58,116 nt of DNA. Origin: an uncultured Candidatus Saccharibacteria bacterium. GTDB taxonomy: Bacteria > Patescibacteriota > Minisyncoccia > Phycocordibacterales > UBA5272. Under the pieces are notes generated by a model that was given only the letters and a program-made list of their open reading frames with translations, ran no database searches and had not been told where the DNA came from. The position numbers and the translations under genes were made by a program. Shown here one piece after another: positions 17,790-29,400 of this stretch (position 1 is its first letter; each line of letters opens with the position of its first letter). Where the stretch lies: contig CAZJDZ010000006.1 in the NCBI GenBank assembly GCA_964544935.1, positions 1 through 58,116 of the forward strand. Reading direction: 5' to 3'.

Positions 17790-19196
17790 ATGGTACTTGC
17801 AATATCAGTCCTTGTGTATGCAATAGTGATGATTTTAATCGGAGTCTATGCTGCACGTAAGGTAAAAAATTCTGAAGACTACGTGCTTGCTGGACGTTCA
17901 CTCCCATTTTATATGGCACTTTCAACCGTGTTTGCTACATGGTTTGGTAGTGAAAGTATTTTAGGAGCAGGGAGTAAGTTTGCAGAAGGTGGTTTTTCAA
18001 ATGTCCTCGAAGATCCTTTTGGTGCTGGTCTCTGTCTCATTATTGCCGGTATCTTTTTTAATCGCAAACTCTACCGCCTCAATTTCCTCACTATCGGAGA
18101 CTATTTCAAATCGCGGTACAACACGATTATTGCTATATTTCTTTCTTCAGTAATTATTGTGAGTTACTTTGGATGGGTGGCTGCACAGTTCTTAGCACTC
18201 GGCGTTGTCTTACATACGATTATTCCTGCGCTTGCTATTACGACGTGGGTAGTTATCGCTGCTATTGTTGTTGCATGTTACACAATTCTCGGAGGGATGG
18301 TCTCTGTTGCACTTCATGATACGGTGCAGTCTGCAATTATTATCATTGGGCTTATCGTAATTCTTGTTGCTGTGCTTCCTCTTGTTGGAGGAATATCTGG
18401 TTTTATGAATATTATTCCAGAAGGACATCTTACTATTTTTCCACAAACAGATTCTATGCTTGCATGGGTTGTATTCTTTACTGCACTGATGACGCAAGGC
18501 TTTGGAAGCATCCCACAGCAAGACATCTATCAGCGTGCCATGAGTGCGCGCAATGAAAAGGAGAGTATGTGGGCATCAATCATTGGGGGACTTCTCTATT
18601 TCACAATCGTTATGATTCCTATCGCGATTGCAACCATTGCGGGGCACCTCTATCCAGATATTTTGCAGACTGATTCTCAACTCCTTATTCCGAAATTAAT
18701 TAGTGAACATACAAGTGAGCTCCTGCAGATAATATTTTTTGGTGCACTTATCTCTGCTATTTTATCAACAGCCTCTGGTGCGCTTCTTGCCCCAGCTACA
18801 CTTCTTTCTGAGAACATTATCAAACCCTTCTTTAAAGAAATGAGTGACAGATTGCGTATGATGATTATTCAGGTAGGTGTTGGGATTTTTGCAGTTGGTG
18901 GAATTATTCTTGCATGTAATCCAGATGCGCACATTTATGAACTCGTCGGTGGGGCATATTCGGTGACTCTTGTTGCAGGGTTTATACCACTTGCGTTTGG
19001 ACTCTATTCGTCAAAAGTAAACAGCTTTGGAGCTCTTGTCTCTATTGTACTTGGAATATCTTCATGGTTCATCGCCGGAGAATTGGAAACAGAAGTCCCA
19101 AGTACATTTATCGGATTCATGTTCTCATTTGTAGGTATTCTTGTTGGTTCATATGTTGGGAGATTTATTGAAAAAGAAGAAAAAATTATTACCTAG
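17790..19196 (+). CDS. Sodium:solute symporter family (SSF) transporter
   Basis: 468 aa with about 12-13 TM helices. The N-terminal motif DYVLAGRSLPFYMALSTVFATWFGSESILG is typical of SSF/PutP-like carriers. Confidence 0.85.
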   Translation: MVLAISVLVYAIVMILIGVYAARKVKNSEDYVLAGRSLPFYMALSTVFATWFGSESILGAGSKFAEGGFSNVLEDPFGAGLCLIIAGIFFNRKLYRLNFLTIGDYFKSRYNTIIAIFLSSVIIVSYFGWVAAQFLALGVVLHTIIPALAITTWVVIAAIVVACYTILGGMVSVALHDTVQSAIIIIGLIVILVAVLPLVGGISGFMNIIPEGHLTIFPQTDSMLAWVVFFTALMTQGFGSIPQQDIYQRAMSARNEKESMWASIIGGLLYFTIVMIPIAIATIAGHLYPDILQTDSQLLIPKLISEHTSELLQIIFFGALISAILSTASGALLAPATLLSENIIKPFFKEMSDRLRMMIIQVGVGIFAVGGIILACNPDAHIYELVGGAYSVTLVAGFIPLAFGLYSSKVNSFGALVSIVLGISSWFIAGELETEVPSTFIGFMFSFVGILVGSYVGRFIEKEEKIIT

Positions 19197-19258
19197 CGAG
19201 TAGTGCATTTTTTACGGAGTAGAGACATAAAAAGGATATCTTGGTATACTACAAAGCA

Positions 19259-20443
19259 ATGAAAAAAGTATTAGTCTCAGGAATTCAGGCAACAGGGAAG
19301 CTTCATTTTGGTAACTATTTTGGCGCGATGAAGCAGAATATAGAGCTCGCAAATAGTGGTGAGTACGAGTCATATATCTTCGTGGCAGATTACCATGCGC
19401 TCACTACCGTGAAGGATAAGGATGCACTTAAACAGAGTTCTCTTGAGATTGCTGCAGCATATATCGCATGCGGACTGGACCTTAGTAAAGCAACACTTTT
19501 CCGTCAGTCATCAGTTCCTGAGCATACTGAACTTGCAACTATTTTTAATAACGTGGTGACTATGCCATACCTTATGCGTGCACATGCGTTCAAAGATAGA
19601 CAATTCAAAGAGCTCTCTGAAAGTCTTAAAACTCACCCTTTATACGAAAATATGATGCGATTTATTATGGAGTATAAAGATAAAATTAATGAACCTATTG
19701 CTGAATTAATTTTTAAAGATAGAGATGGTCCAGAAAAATATGAAAAGGAATTTGGACTCACTCCTCAATTAGTTGAAACATGTATTAATAATATTGTTAA
19801 TATAAATAATTTTAGTAATACAATTAATGTTGGACTACTCGACTATCCAGTACTTATGGCAGCGGATATTCTCATCTACCAAGCAGATGTTGTGCCTGTT
19901 GGTCAGGATCAGAAGCAACATATCGAGTATGCTCGTGATATCGCCGGGTTCTATAACCGTGCATGGAACGTAGAGCAGTTCAAGTTACCAAAGGAGCACA
20001 TCATGGATGCTGTCGCTATCGTCCCTGGAGTAGATGGAGCCAAGATGAGTAAGAGTAAAGGCAATGTCATCTCACTCTTTGGAACTGATGAAGAGGTGAA
20101 GAAGTCTGTCATGGGCATAGTAACAGACTCAAAAGCACCAGAGGAAAAAAAGGATCCAGATACTAACAATGTCTACAACATCCATAAACTTTTCCTAACT
20201 GATGAAGAAGTAACTGCACTTCGTACAAAGTTTGAAGATGGTGGCTATGGCTACAAGCAAGCAAAGGATGATCTCTTAGCAACAATCATGAAGTGGCGAG
20301 AAGGGAAGAAAGAAATCTTTGACGATCTCATGAACAATCAGGATAAGCTACGAGCTATTCTAGTAGATGGTGGTACTCGTGCTCAATCTAAAGCTAAAGA
20401 AACAATTGCGCAAGTACGAGAGCAGATAGGTCTTGAGATGTAA
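19259..20443 (+). CDS. trpS: Tryptophan--tRNA ligase with a roughly 70-aa insertion in the CP1 region
   Basis: HIGH-type motif (GKLHFGNYFGA), LDYPVLMAADIL, VPVGQDQKQH and KMSKS (GAKMSKSKGN). The ATG at 19259 is preferred over the TTG at 19241. Confidence 0.9.
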   Translation: MKKVLVSGIQATGKLHFGNYFGAMKQNIELANSGEYESYIFVADYHALTTVKDKDALKQSSLEIAAAYIACGLDLSKATLFRQSSVPEHTELATIFNNVVTMPYLMRAHAFKDRQFKELSESLKTHPLYENMMRFIMEYKDKINEPIAELIFKDRDGPEKYEKEFGLTPQLVETCINNIVNINNFSNTINVGLLDYPVLMAADILIYQADVVPVGQDQKQHIEYARDIAGFYNRAWNVEQFKLPKEHIMDAVAIVPGVDGAKMSKSKGNVISLFGTDEEVKKSVMGIVTDSKAPEEKKDPDTNNVYNIHKLFLTDEEVTALRTKFEDGGYGYKQAKDDLLATIMKWREGKKEIFDDLMNNQDKLRAILVDGGTRAQSKAKETIAQVREQIGLEM

Positions 20444-20472
20444 TATAATCTAGCACTACGTCAAGTAGATTA

Positions 20473-23400
20473 TTGGTTGCACTTCATGCTATAATCTTTT
20501 CAATTACATATTTTATGAAGTATATTGCTTTTGGTTTGAACGTAATCAAAGTATCTTTTTCAAAAGCGGTCTATTTTGCCTCTCGTTCTCTCAAGAAAAG
20601 AAAAGCACTCATGGTGAGTGCTTTTCTTATTTTCCTTCAATTAGCAACACCACTTACATCAGCTATCGTGTATGCAGCTGCAACTGCTTCTAATGATGTA
20701 GGTTCAAGTGCTGCACTTGATCCAGTAGGGAACAAAGCAACCCGTCTTCAGACGCAAGGCTCACAAGGAGTTGATCAATCAACAGGGGCACTTACCTACA
20801 GTTATCCTCTTACAATTCTTGCTGGAAGAAATGGAATGGCCCCATCACTAGCACTTTCATACAACTCTCAGAACAATGATACAGGATGGTTTGGGTACGG
20901 ATGGGTGATGAGTGTTCCATATATTGAAAGAACTACAAAATTTGGTACAGATAAACTCTATGCAACAAGCACATCGTTTGTATCGTCACTCCACGGAGAA
21001 CTTATTTCGACTAATGGTCTCAATTATGAACAAAAAATAGATGATGGTTCGTATGCAAACTACACGCTTACAGGCAGTAGTTGGCAAATGACTGACCGTG
21101 ATGGAACTACGTATTACTTTGGTAATTCGTACGTTAGTCGAGTTCAGAACGATGCAGGGACAAAGATTGGACGATGGTATTTGACGGAAGTCAGGGATAA
21201 GTTTGGTAACGGAATTGTTTATGACTATGTAAAAGATTCTGGAACCGTATATCCAAGCACTATTTCATATACAGAACATGCCCTTGCCCATCCCCTTAAC
21301 TTGGTTACTTTTAATCTTGAAAGTAAGAATGACAATCTTACAAGTTACAAATATGGTTTTAAGACTATTGATACCAAGCGAGTATCATATATAAAAGTAT
21401 CTACAAATGGCAGGGATAATGCATACTTTTCATTTACGTATGGTACAGGTGCAAATGGAGTACGTTCCCTTCTTCAGGGTGTTGAAGAAAAGCACTTGAG
21501 TACCAATGATGACTGGACGGTGTTACCAAAAACAACCTTTGAATACGAGAACTCATCAAGTACATTTTCTGGAACTATTTCAAATACTCAGAATCCATAT
21601 GGAACTGGAGCCAGTCTTAATACAGTTATTGATACTAATAACGATGGTATTTTGGACTTATATAATGCAGGAGATGGATTTTTCCCTGTTGATATAAATG
21701 GAGACTATAAGAAGGATTTAATGCAGAGTGATGTTTTTTATCTGTATGCATTTTCCGATGGAAGAAATATTATTTTTAAATATAACCAAGGGGGAAGTTT
21801 TTATACAAGAACTTTTAAATTGCCTGGAAGTACCGGAAGATATTCTCTTTCCTCCGGAGAAATAATACCCCCTGTTCGTTATAAAATGGATCCTTATATC
21901 CTGACTCCACAGCAAGAATCTGCTATTGCCGATGTGAATGGTGATGGGTTTGATGATGTTATTTATAACGATCCACTTGGACAATATGGGGTTGCAATAA
22001 ATACAACAAATAATACATTTGATTATAGTACTTCAAGTAGTCTTACTTTTTCTATTTCTAATAGTCAAGTAGCGGATGTTAATGGGGATGGGCTTCAAGA
22101 CTTGATCGTAAAGTGGTACACGTCAACCTCTACACTTTTTGGAGTTTTTCTTAATGATGGAATTAAATATCAACCTATAGCAGATTTTGTATATGATGCA
22201 AAAGTTGCCTCTACAACACCCGATTCTGGTGTTCGTTTTGTTGATATTAATAATGATGGATTAGTGGATATCATTAGGTCGTATACCTCATCATATTCAA
22301 AATTTTCTGGTCCAAGTTGCAGTCTTCCATATACATATATTCCTAGTGATAGTGGTCCAGCAGCTCAAACTGTTAATGATGCACTCTTTAACACTGGGTC
22401 GAGTTTTGTAGCTGCTTCTACCACACTTTCTGGGTATGTGCTTTCATACAGTAGTTGTAATGTTGGAGGTGCCCAAGGGTATATTGTAACTAATGCAACG
22501 AAGGAATATGACGTCAACGGTGATCTAACAACAGACTATGATGGAGCTACCAACAACACAAAGAAACAAGATGTTCTTAAAAAAGTGAATACCTCACTTG
22601 GTTCTACACTTGATGTTTCATACAGATGGACTACACAGTCAGGACTCAATCCGACACTCCCAGTTCCAATGTATATTGTGGCCACAACAACTGAGAAGCT
22701 TTCAGTATCTGATGCTAATCCTCATAGTGTTGGATACAACTTTTACAATGGTCAGATGTATTTTGATGCTACAAGTCCTCGAGATCATAAGTTTGCAGGC
22801 TTTGGTAAAGTCGAGGTGATAGATGGCAAAAATAAAACAACAACTTACTACCATCAAGGAAATGGTGATGATTACACGACTGGTGAAAAAGGGGATTCAT
22901 ATTACAACATTGGTCGTGCATACAGAACAGACACATTTGATCTTTCGAGTGGCTCTTCTACTCTAGTTAATAAAAATCTTTCACTCTATACAACATACAG
23001 CTATGCATCTTCTTCGTTTACATATCTTGATTCACAGATAGTAAATGCATATAACAGTGATGGATCATTCGTATCCTCAGGAAGTAAGAGTCTCTATGAT
23101 GAAACCAAGCGCCTCATCAAGACATCGTATAAGTATGGTGATATCGAACCATTTGTTTCTTTTGCATCCTCAACGATTACTGACAGAGAAACTGATCTCA
23201 TTACTACGCAGTATCAGTACTCAAACACTCGCCCCCAAAGACTTGTAAAAGAAGTAAGCACTGACTACGCAGGTATATCTATTGGCACAACTAACTATTA
23301 CTATGACGGTCTTCCTTTTGGGCTGGTTGATAAGGGTGCGCTCACCAGTACCACAAATACAGTCTATAATCCTAACGGAACAATTAATTCTACGAGTACC

Positions 23401-26400
23401 ACGCAAATATCGTATGATCCTACAGGAAATGCTATTCAAAGCATAGATGGATTAAACAATAAAACAAAAGTCACCTATGATAGCTCATACACGTTTCCAA
23501 TAACGAAAGTTGATGCACTTAATGGCACTACAACTCTCACATATGATCCATACACTCTTAATCTTCTTACTTCAAAAGGACCAGACGGTATCACGTCAGT
23601 AAAAGAAACAGATGGATTAGGGAAAGTAACACGTTCATATCTTATTAACACAGCAGGGGGCATCACAGATGAAGTAAGAACTAACTATGTCTATGGAAAT
23701 GGAATTACAGTGTATGGAAGACGATTAGGAAATCTTGGGACAAGCGCGCGAACACTTGAAGTGTATGATAGTTATGGAAGACTTATTCAGTCAAAAAAAG
23801 AAACACAGCCAGATACTTTTTCTACTCAAGATACTAAGTACGATGCAAATAGTAATGTCATATCAACTTCTCTCCCATATACAACAACAGGATATGGATT
23901 TACTACTGATACACCTTCAAATGGGAGTAGTATATACACCTATGATGGTCTTGGAAGAGTGATATCAAAATCTGTTTTTGGTACAACGCTCACATACCAG
24001 TATGGTGCGAGAAATTTGACGGTCTATGATAATGCTTCAACTCAGCACAAAAAGTTCTACGCTTATGACGCAAACAGTAATCTCTCTCAAGTAAGAGAAT
24101 ATAACGCAACCAGTACTTACACCACAAACTACAACTATACTCCTCAAAATAAACTCACTAGTATCACTGATGCAAACGGTAACACTCGTAACTTTGCATA
24201 TCTTTCAAATGGGCTTCTCATATATCAGGAAGATCCTCATCCAACAACTGATACCACGTTTACTACATACTCATACACATACAATGTACTAGGTAATCTC
24301 CTTTCCAAGGTTGGATCCCTCGGTACTACTACCTATGCCTATGATGCATTAAGTCGCCCGACAACACGAACACTTCTTGATAGTGTATCTGGCACAAGCA
24401 CTGTTACCTTTGCCTACAACGGATGTTCAAATAACTACCTTGCACCATGTACTGTTGCAAGAGATACAACATCTTCCACAACATTTACATATGACACTTC
24501 CGGTAAGGTAAGTAATGAAACTATGGTTATAGGTTCTAAGAGTTTTGCACGATCGTATACCTATGATATTTATGGTAATCCAGAAACTATTACCTATCCT
24601 GATAGTGGTAAGGTTACCTACACCTACACACTTGATGGCAAACAGTCGACACTTACGTATCTATCTCCAAACGGAACAACCAAAAATATTGTTACCGGCT
24701 CAACATACAATTCACTCAATTCACTCGCATCACTAACCTATGGAAATGGGGTTCAATTCTGTAATACTTACACCAGTACGTCAGCAGATGGGGTTATTAG
24801 TCCAAAACTTGCAAAATCAGTATACCTTTTTAACTCCACAGGATGTTCACCAGTAGTTAATCAGGTAGAACTTTATAAAGACGAATTCACTTATAAAGAT
24901 GCTCTTACTCCAAGTAGTATTCTTTCTACTTACAAAGATATAGTAGGAACTACACATACAAAGAGTGACACACTTACCTATGATAATCTCGTACGACTTA
25001 CACAAGTGTCCACTTCATATGATGGTGGAAGCGCCGTCGTAGATACTCTCGTGTATGATCCAATCGGAAATATTTTAAAAGAAAATGATGTTTTGTATCG
25101 CTATAGTCAAGATGGAACACAGAATGCTCATGCAGCTACTTCCATTGGAGGCTACCACATTACCTATGATGGACAAGGGAACAAGACTCAGGCAGGGGAC
25201 AATGTCTACACATGGAATGCGCTCAATCAGATGCTCACCGCATCAAGCTCAAATGGTCTTGAAACATATACCTATGACGAAAATGGTGAAAGGATTAAGA
25301 AAGTTGTAACTGCTACTACTGTTGTCTCACAGAGAGCAACTCCAGCCACAAGTTCCTCAACATCCCCAGCTTTCACTCAAGGAGATCTTCTAACACCATT
25401 TGCAACATCGAGTACATACATTGCGACGTCTACATACAACACACTCAGTTCACTTGCACTACTCGATAAAGGGACACTCACAACACTTGTCGATAAGTAC
25501 TACGGCTCACCTTTCATTAGTAAATTTTGTGCAACTGAAATCACATCACTTGATCGTCAAATTTGTACCGCATCAACAACACGACAACTAATTGGTAACG
25601 ATATTAATAACAGAAGTACAAGTACAATTGCAACATATGGTCTTGTTGTCGATCTAATCAAAATTGTAACAGGGGAGTACCTTATCCCTACTACCTATGT
25701 GGGACTTGCTACAAGTAGTATCGCAGTCAGTCTTACTGGTAACTTGAAAGTAAAAACCGCAACAATTACCTCATTCAACACCTTCGTGGCTACAGGTATT
25801 GTGGTCCCAATGAGTGAGTATGAAGACCTTCCATATGTTTCTAGTAGTACCTACTCATCACTTACTCAAGTTGGTTTAACAGATACAAGTAAAGTGCGAG
25901 CACTTCTTGTACTTACTGGGTGTACATCACTCACCACTTCTTGCGCTACAGCAAAGAAAGTAGTCTTTGAAAAGTTTTATAAAGAAAATGGTTACTTGTT
26001 AGCCGATAAAGCACTTGAAGAAATATGGTATGTCTTTGCAGTAAAGGCACGCCTCCCTTCTAACTCTGGAGAGTTTACTTCAACTTCAACTATACTTGGA
26101 AATATAACAGTGCCAAATATTACAGGAATAGGTACGAGCACAGCTACATCTACATATTATTCAGGACTCTATTTCACTACAGAATATACTAATCAGAATC
26201 TAAGTGAGCCACGACTTACCTACTTCAATATACTTCCATATTATGTAACTCAGTCAGCATTTACAGAGCTACAACAAGCAGGGATTACTCAGGTGACACT
26301 TGAAAATTATCAATCACTCATTACAGATTTATTCAGTGTCAAACTTGCATCGTCGACAGAGTATATGGTGGCGCTTAAGGATTTTGCTTTGTATGATAAA

Positions 26401-29400
26401 AAAGTAACCCTGTCCCAAAATGCCCTTAAGGAGCTCTATCTTGTATCTCTAGGTGCGGCAAGTATTCCAAATAATCTAACTGACTATATATCTAATGCAA
26501 CGTTTGATCTTACGGGCTACTTGAGTACAAATAGCTATCAATATAATCCTACATTGGGCACATGGTTCCTATATGGATCTTCGGTTTGTAACGCAGGAGC
26601 ATTTGAATATTATGGGTCAATTGCAGTTACTCGATGTATAGTAACTAATTCATCGTTTACGCTACCTGTAGCTACAAGTTCTACTGTCAGCTATATTTTA
26701 TCAACTACAATTCCTCCTCAACCAGTAGAAAATCCACTGATTGTTGGTAAATCTTCAAGAGGGACAGTGGAGTTACGACTTACATCTTCAAGTAGTCTTG
26801 CTTATCTTTATGATAATCAATATTCAACAACAATTGCAAATGATGGGAGTAAATTAGAAGTAGATATTACACCAGTAGTTGTTGCAAGACTTGCTGGATC
26901 AACAACCACAGCACTTATTGTTAACCCTAGTGAATATGGACCTTATGCATACTCTTGGCAAGCAACGTCTGTTACTCTAAAAGCATATGTTGCCACTCCT
27001 AAACTCACTCTTGCTTCTACAACACTTGTCTCAGGGGTAACGAATGCTACTTCATCTATCTTTACTCCAGCAATTGATAGTGCTATCTCTGCATACTTTG
27101 GTGAAATCTACGATAGTTCTAGTCTCGTAACCGTGAGCACTTCAACAGCTACAGTTATTTCACCAGAAGCATATGGAGAATTTGCTTCTACAACACTGAG
27201 AGATGTATATGACATCTCTCAGGTATTTCTAGCAACCAGTACCCCATGGTGTGAAGCGAATGCATCCACCACTGAGTGTGATAAACAGGCGCGTATATCA
27301 TTCTTTAGAAATGTCATCAGTAATCTTACAGGGTTTGTTCCTAGTCAAGCGGGTGTAGAAGAATTCTGGATGGTCCATAAAGGGATACTTACTCTACCTA
27401 ATATTAATTATGCTTCAACAACAGGCACCACCACAATCCCAGGATTCTTTGCTGCAAGCACTACATTAAATGCCTATCCAAATGCCTATGTGTACAGTGT
27501 TGATCCAGGGCACTATGACTATCAATATGTCGCAACTACAACTGCTAGTACAACAGTAACCATTCTTAATACGCAAGCAGGTGGTACGACATTTACAGCA
27601 GCTACAGGATCCCAGTACATCCTTTCCTTCTGTGGTTCGTATTGTAATACTCCAACATTCAATGGGGTGTCCATGACAAACTTGGTTACGAGGGCTAGTC
27701 CAAATACTAATTCAGATATAAGGGTCTTTGGTTTAGCAACAACAACATCACAGTCAGTTCCTGTAACAAGTAATTGTGGTACTAACTGTGGCAATGCAAC
27801 AGATCATTATAGATGGGTGTCTTTAAGTGGAGTTAGTACATCTTCATATTATTACGATACACAAAGTGCCGCGGGAAACAATGCTTCTTCCTTGTCAGTA
27901 ACTGAAAATCTTCAAGATAAAAATAATCTTACAATTATATCTTCCAACATCTCTACTGTAGGCACAAGTGGAGGAACAGGTTCTTCACCACTTGTAGCAA
28001 CCACATCAAGTAGACTTTGGTATCACTATGCAACTACTACAGGCAACTTCACCTATTCTATAACTGGACTAGGTAGTACAGATGCAGAAATCGCCAGTAT
28101 TCAAATTAATCATAACCCAAATGATACAGTAACTCCTGGATACTATACTGCAAACTATATTGCAACAACAACGCTTTATTATATAGCGACAACTAGCCAG
28201 CAATTGCCAGGTATCTTTACAACTGTACTTGCTACGTATCCGGTATTCTCTCGATCAAGTTTACCAACATCACTTTCAACATCTACTGTTACAAATATTT
28301 CTACAAGTACTGTACCTGGGCACTGGGCAACTGAATGGGATTCACTGGACTATATTGCCACCTCAACTGCAACTTCTACAGGTGGAACCATAACTAATCT
28401 TGGTTCTGTTTACTTCCATACATTTACCGCAACCGGAACATTTTCAACAAGTAACTATTTCCCTGCAAAAGTCCTTGTGCTAGGTGGAGGAGGTGCATCA
28501 AATGGAGGCCCTGGAGGAGGTGGAGGGCAGTATGTTTATAACGGAGCATTTGCAATGGCTTCTTCCTCGTATTCAGTCATAGTTGGTGCTGCTGGTGCTA
28601 CGTCTAGCTTTGACACACTCATTGCTCCTAAAGGAGGAGATGGTGTTGGAGGAACTTTTACTGGAGGTTCAAGTATGACATATACAGGAGGAACAGGAGG
28701 AAGTAATGGAATGGGTGGTGGAGCAGGGGCTGCAGCTAATGGCTCTAATGGATCAGGTAATTTTGGAGGTGGAGGAGGAAATGGTTTTATTAATCCAATT
28801 CCAGGATCTACTCATGGTCAATACTCAGGGGGTAATTATTATCTTGGAGGTGGAGGTGGCGGATATGGAAATACCGGACATGCATCTGGTGGACTTGGTG
28901 GAGGAGGATTAGGTAATTATGGTGGAGCTGCAACTGCAAATTTTGGAGGTGGAGGCGGGTCATATTCATCTGGTAGTTCTGGTGTAGTTATTGTTAGCTA
29001 CGATAGTGTTGTTACGCCTGGATTTTGGCTTACCGTACACCACTCTTCCACTACTCCTGTGTATATTGCAACAACTACGCTCACTCAAGTAGTAACGAAT
29101 CTTTCTCTGGTACCAGCAGGGCTATTGTCTGATCTCCAGTACAATGCTACGTACTCAACTTCTACATTTGCACAAGCGACAAGTACAAAAGCAGTGAGCG
29201 AAGATACCTACAACGAGCTTCTTCGTACTCCTATTCGCCTCAACTCTGATGTCGATACTATCTTTGATTACGCACTTCCATTTGCAACAAGTACCTGTCC
29301 CGGACAAGCAGCAACGAGTTCTTGCGTGGTAACTGCACAAAAATCAAAAGTAAAGGATGTAGTCAGTCAGTTCTCTGGCTTCGTACTCTCTGATGCTGCA

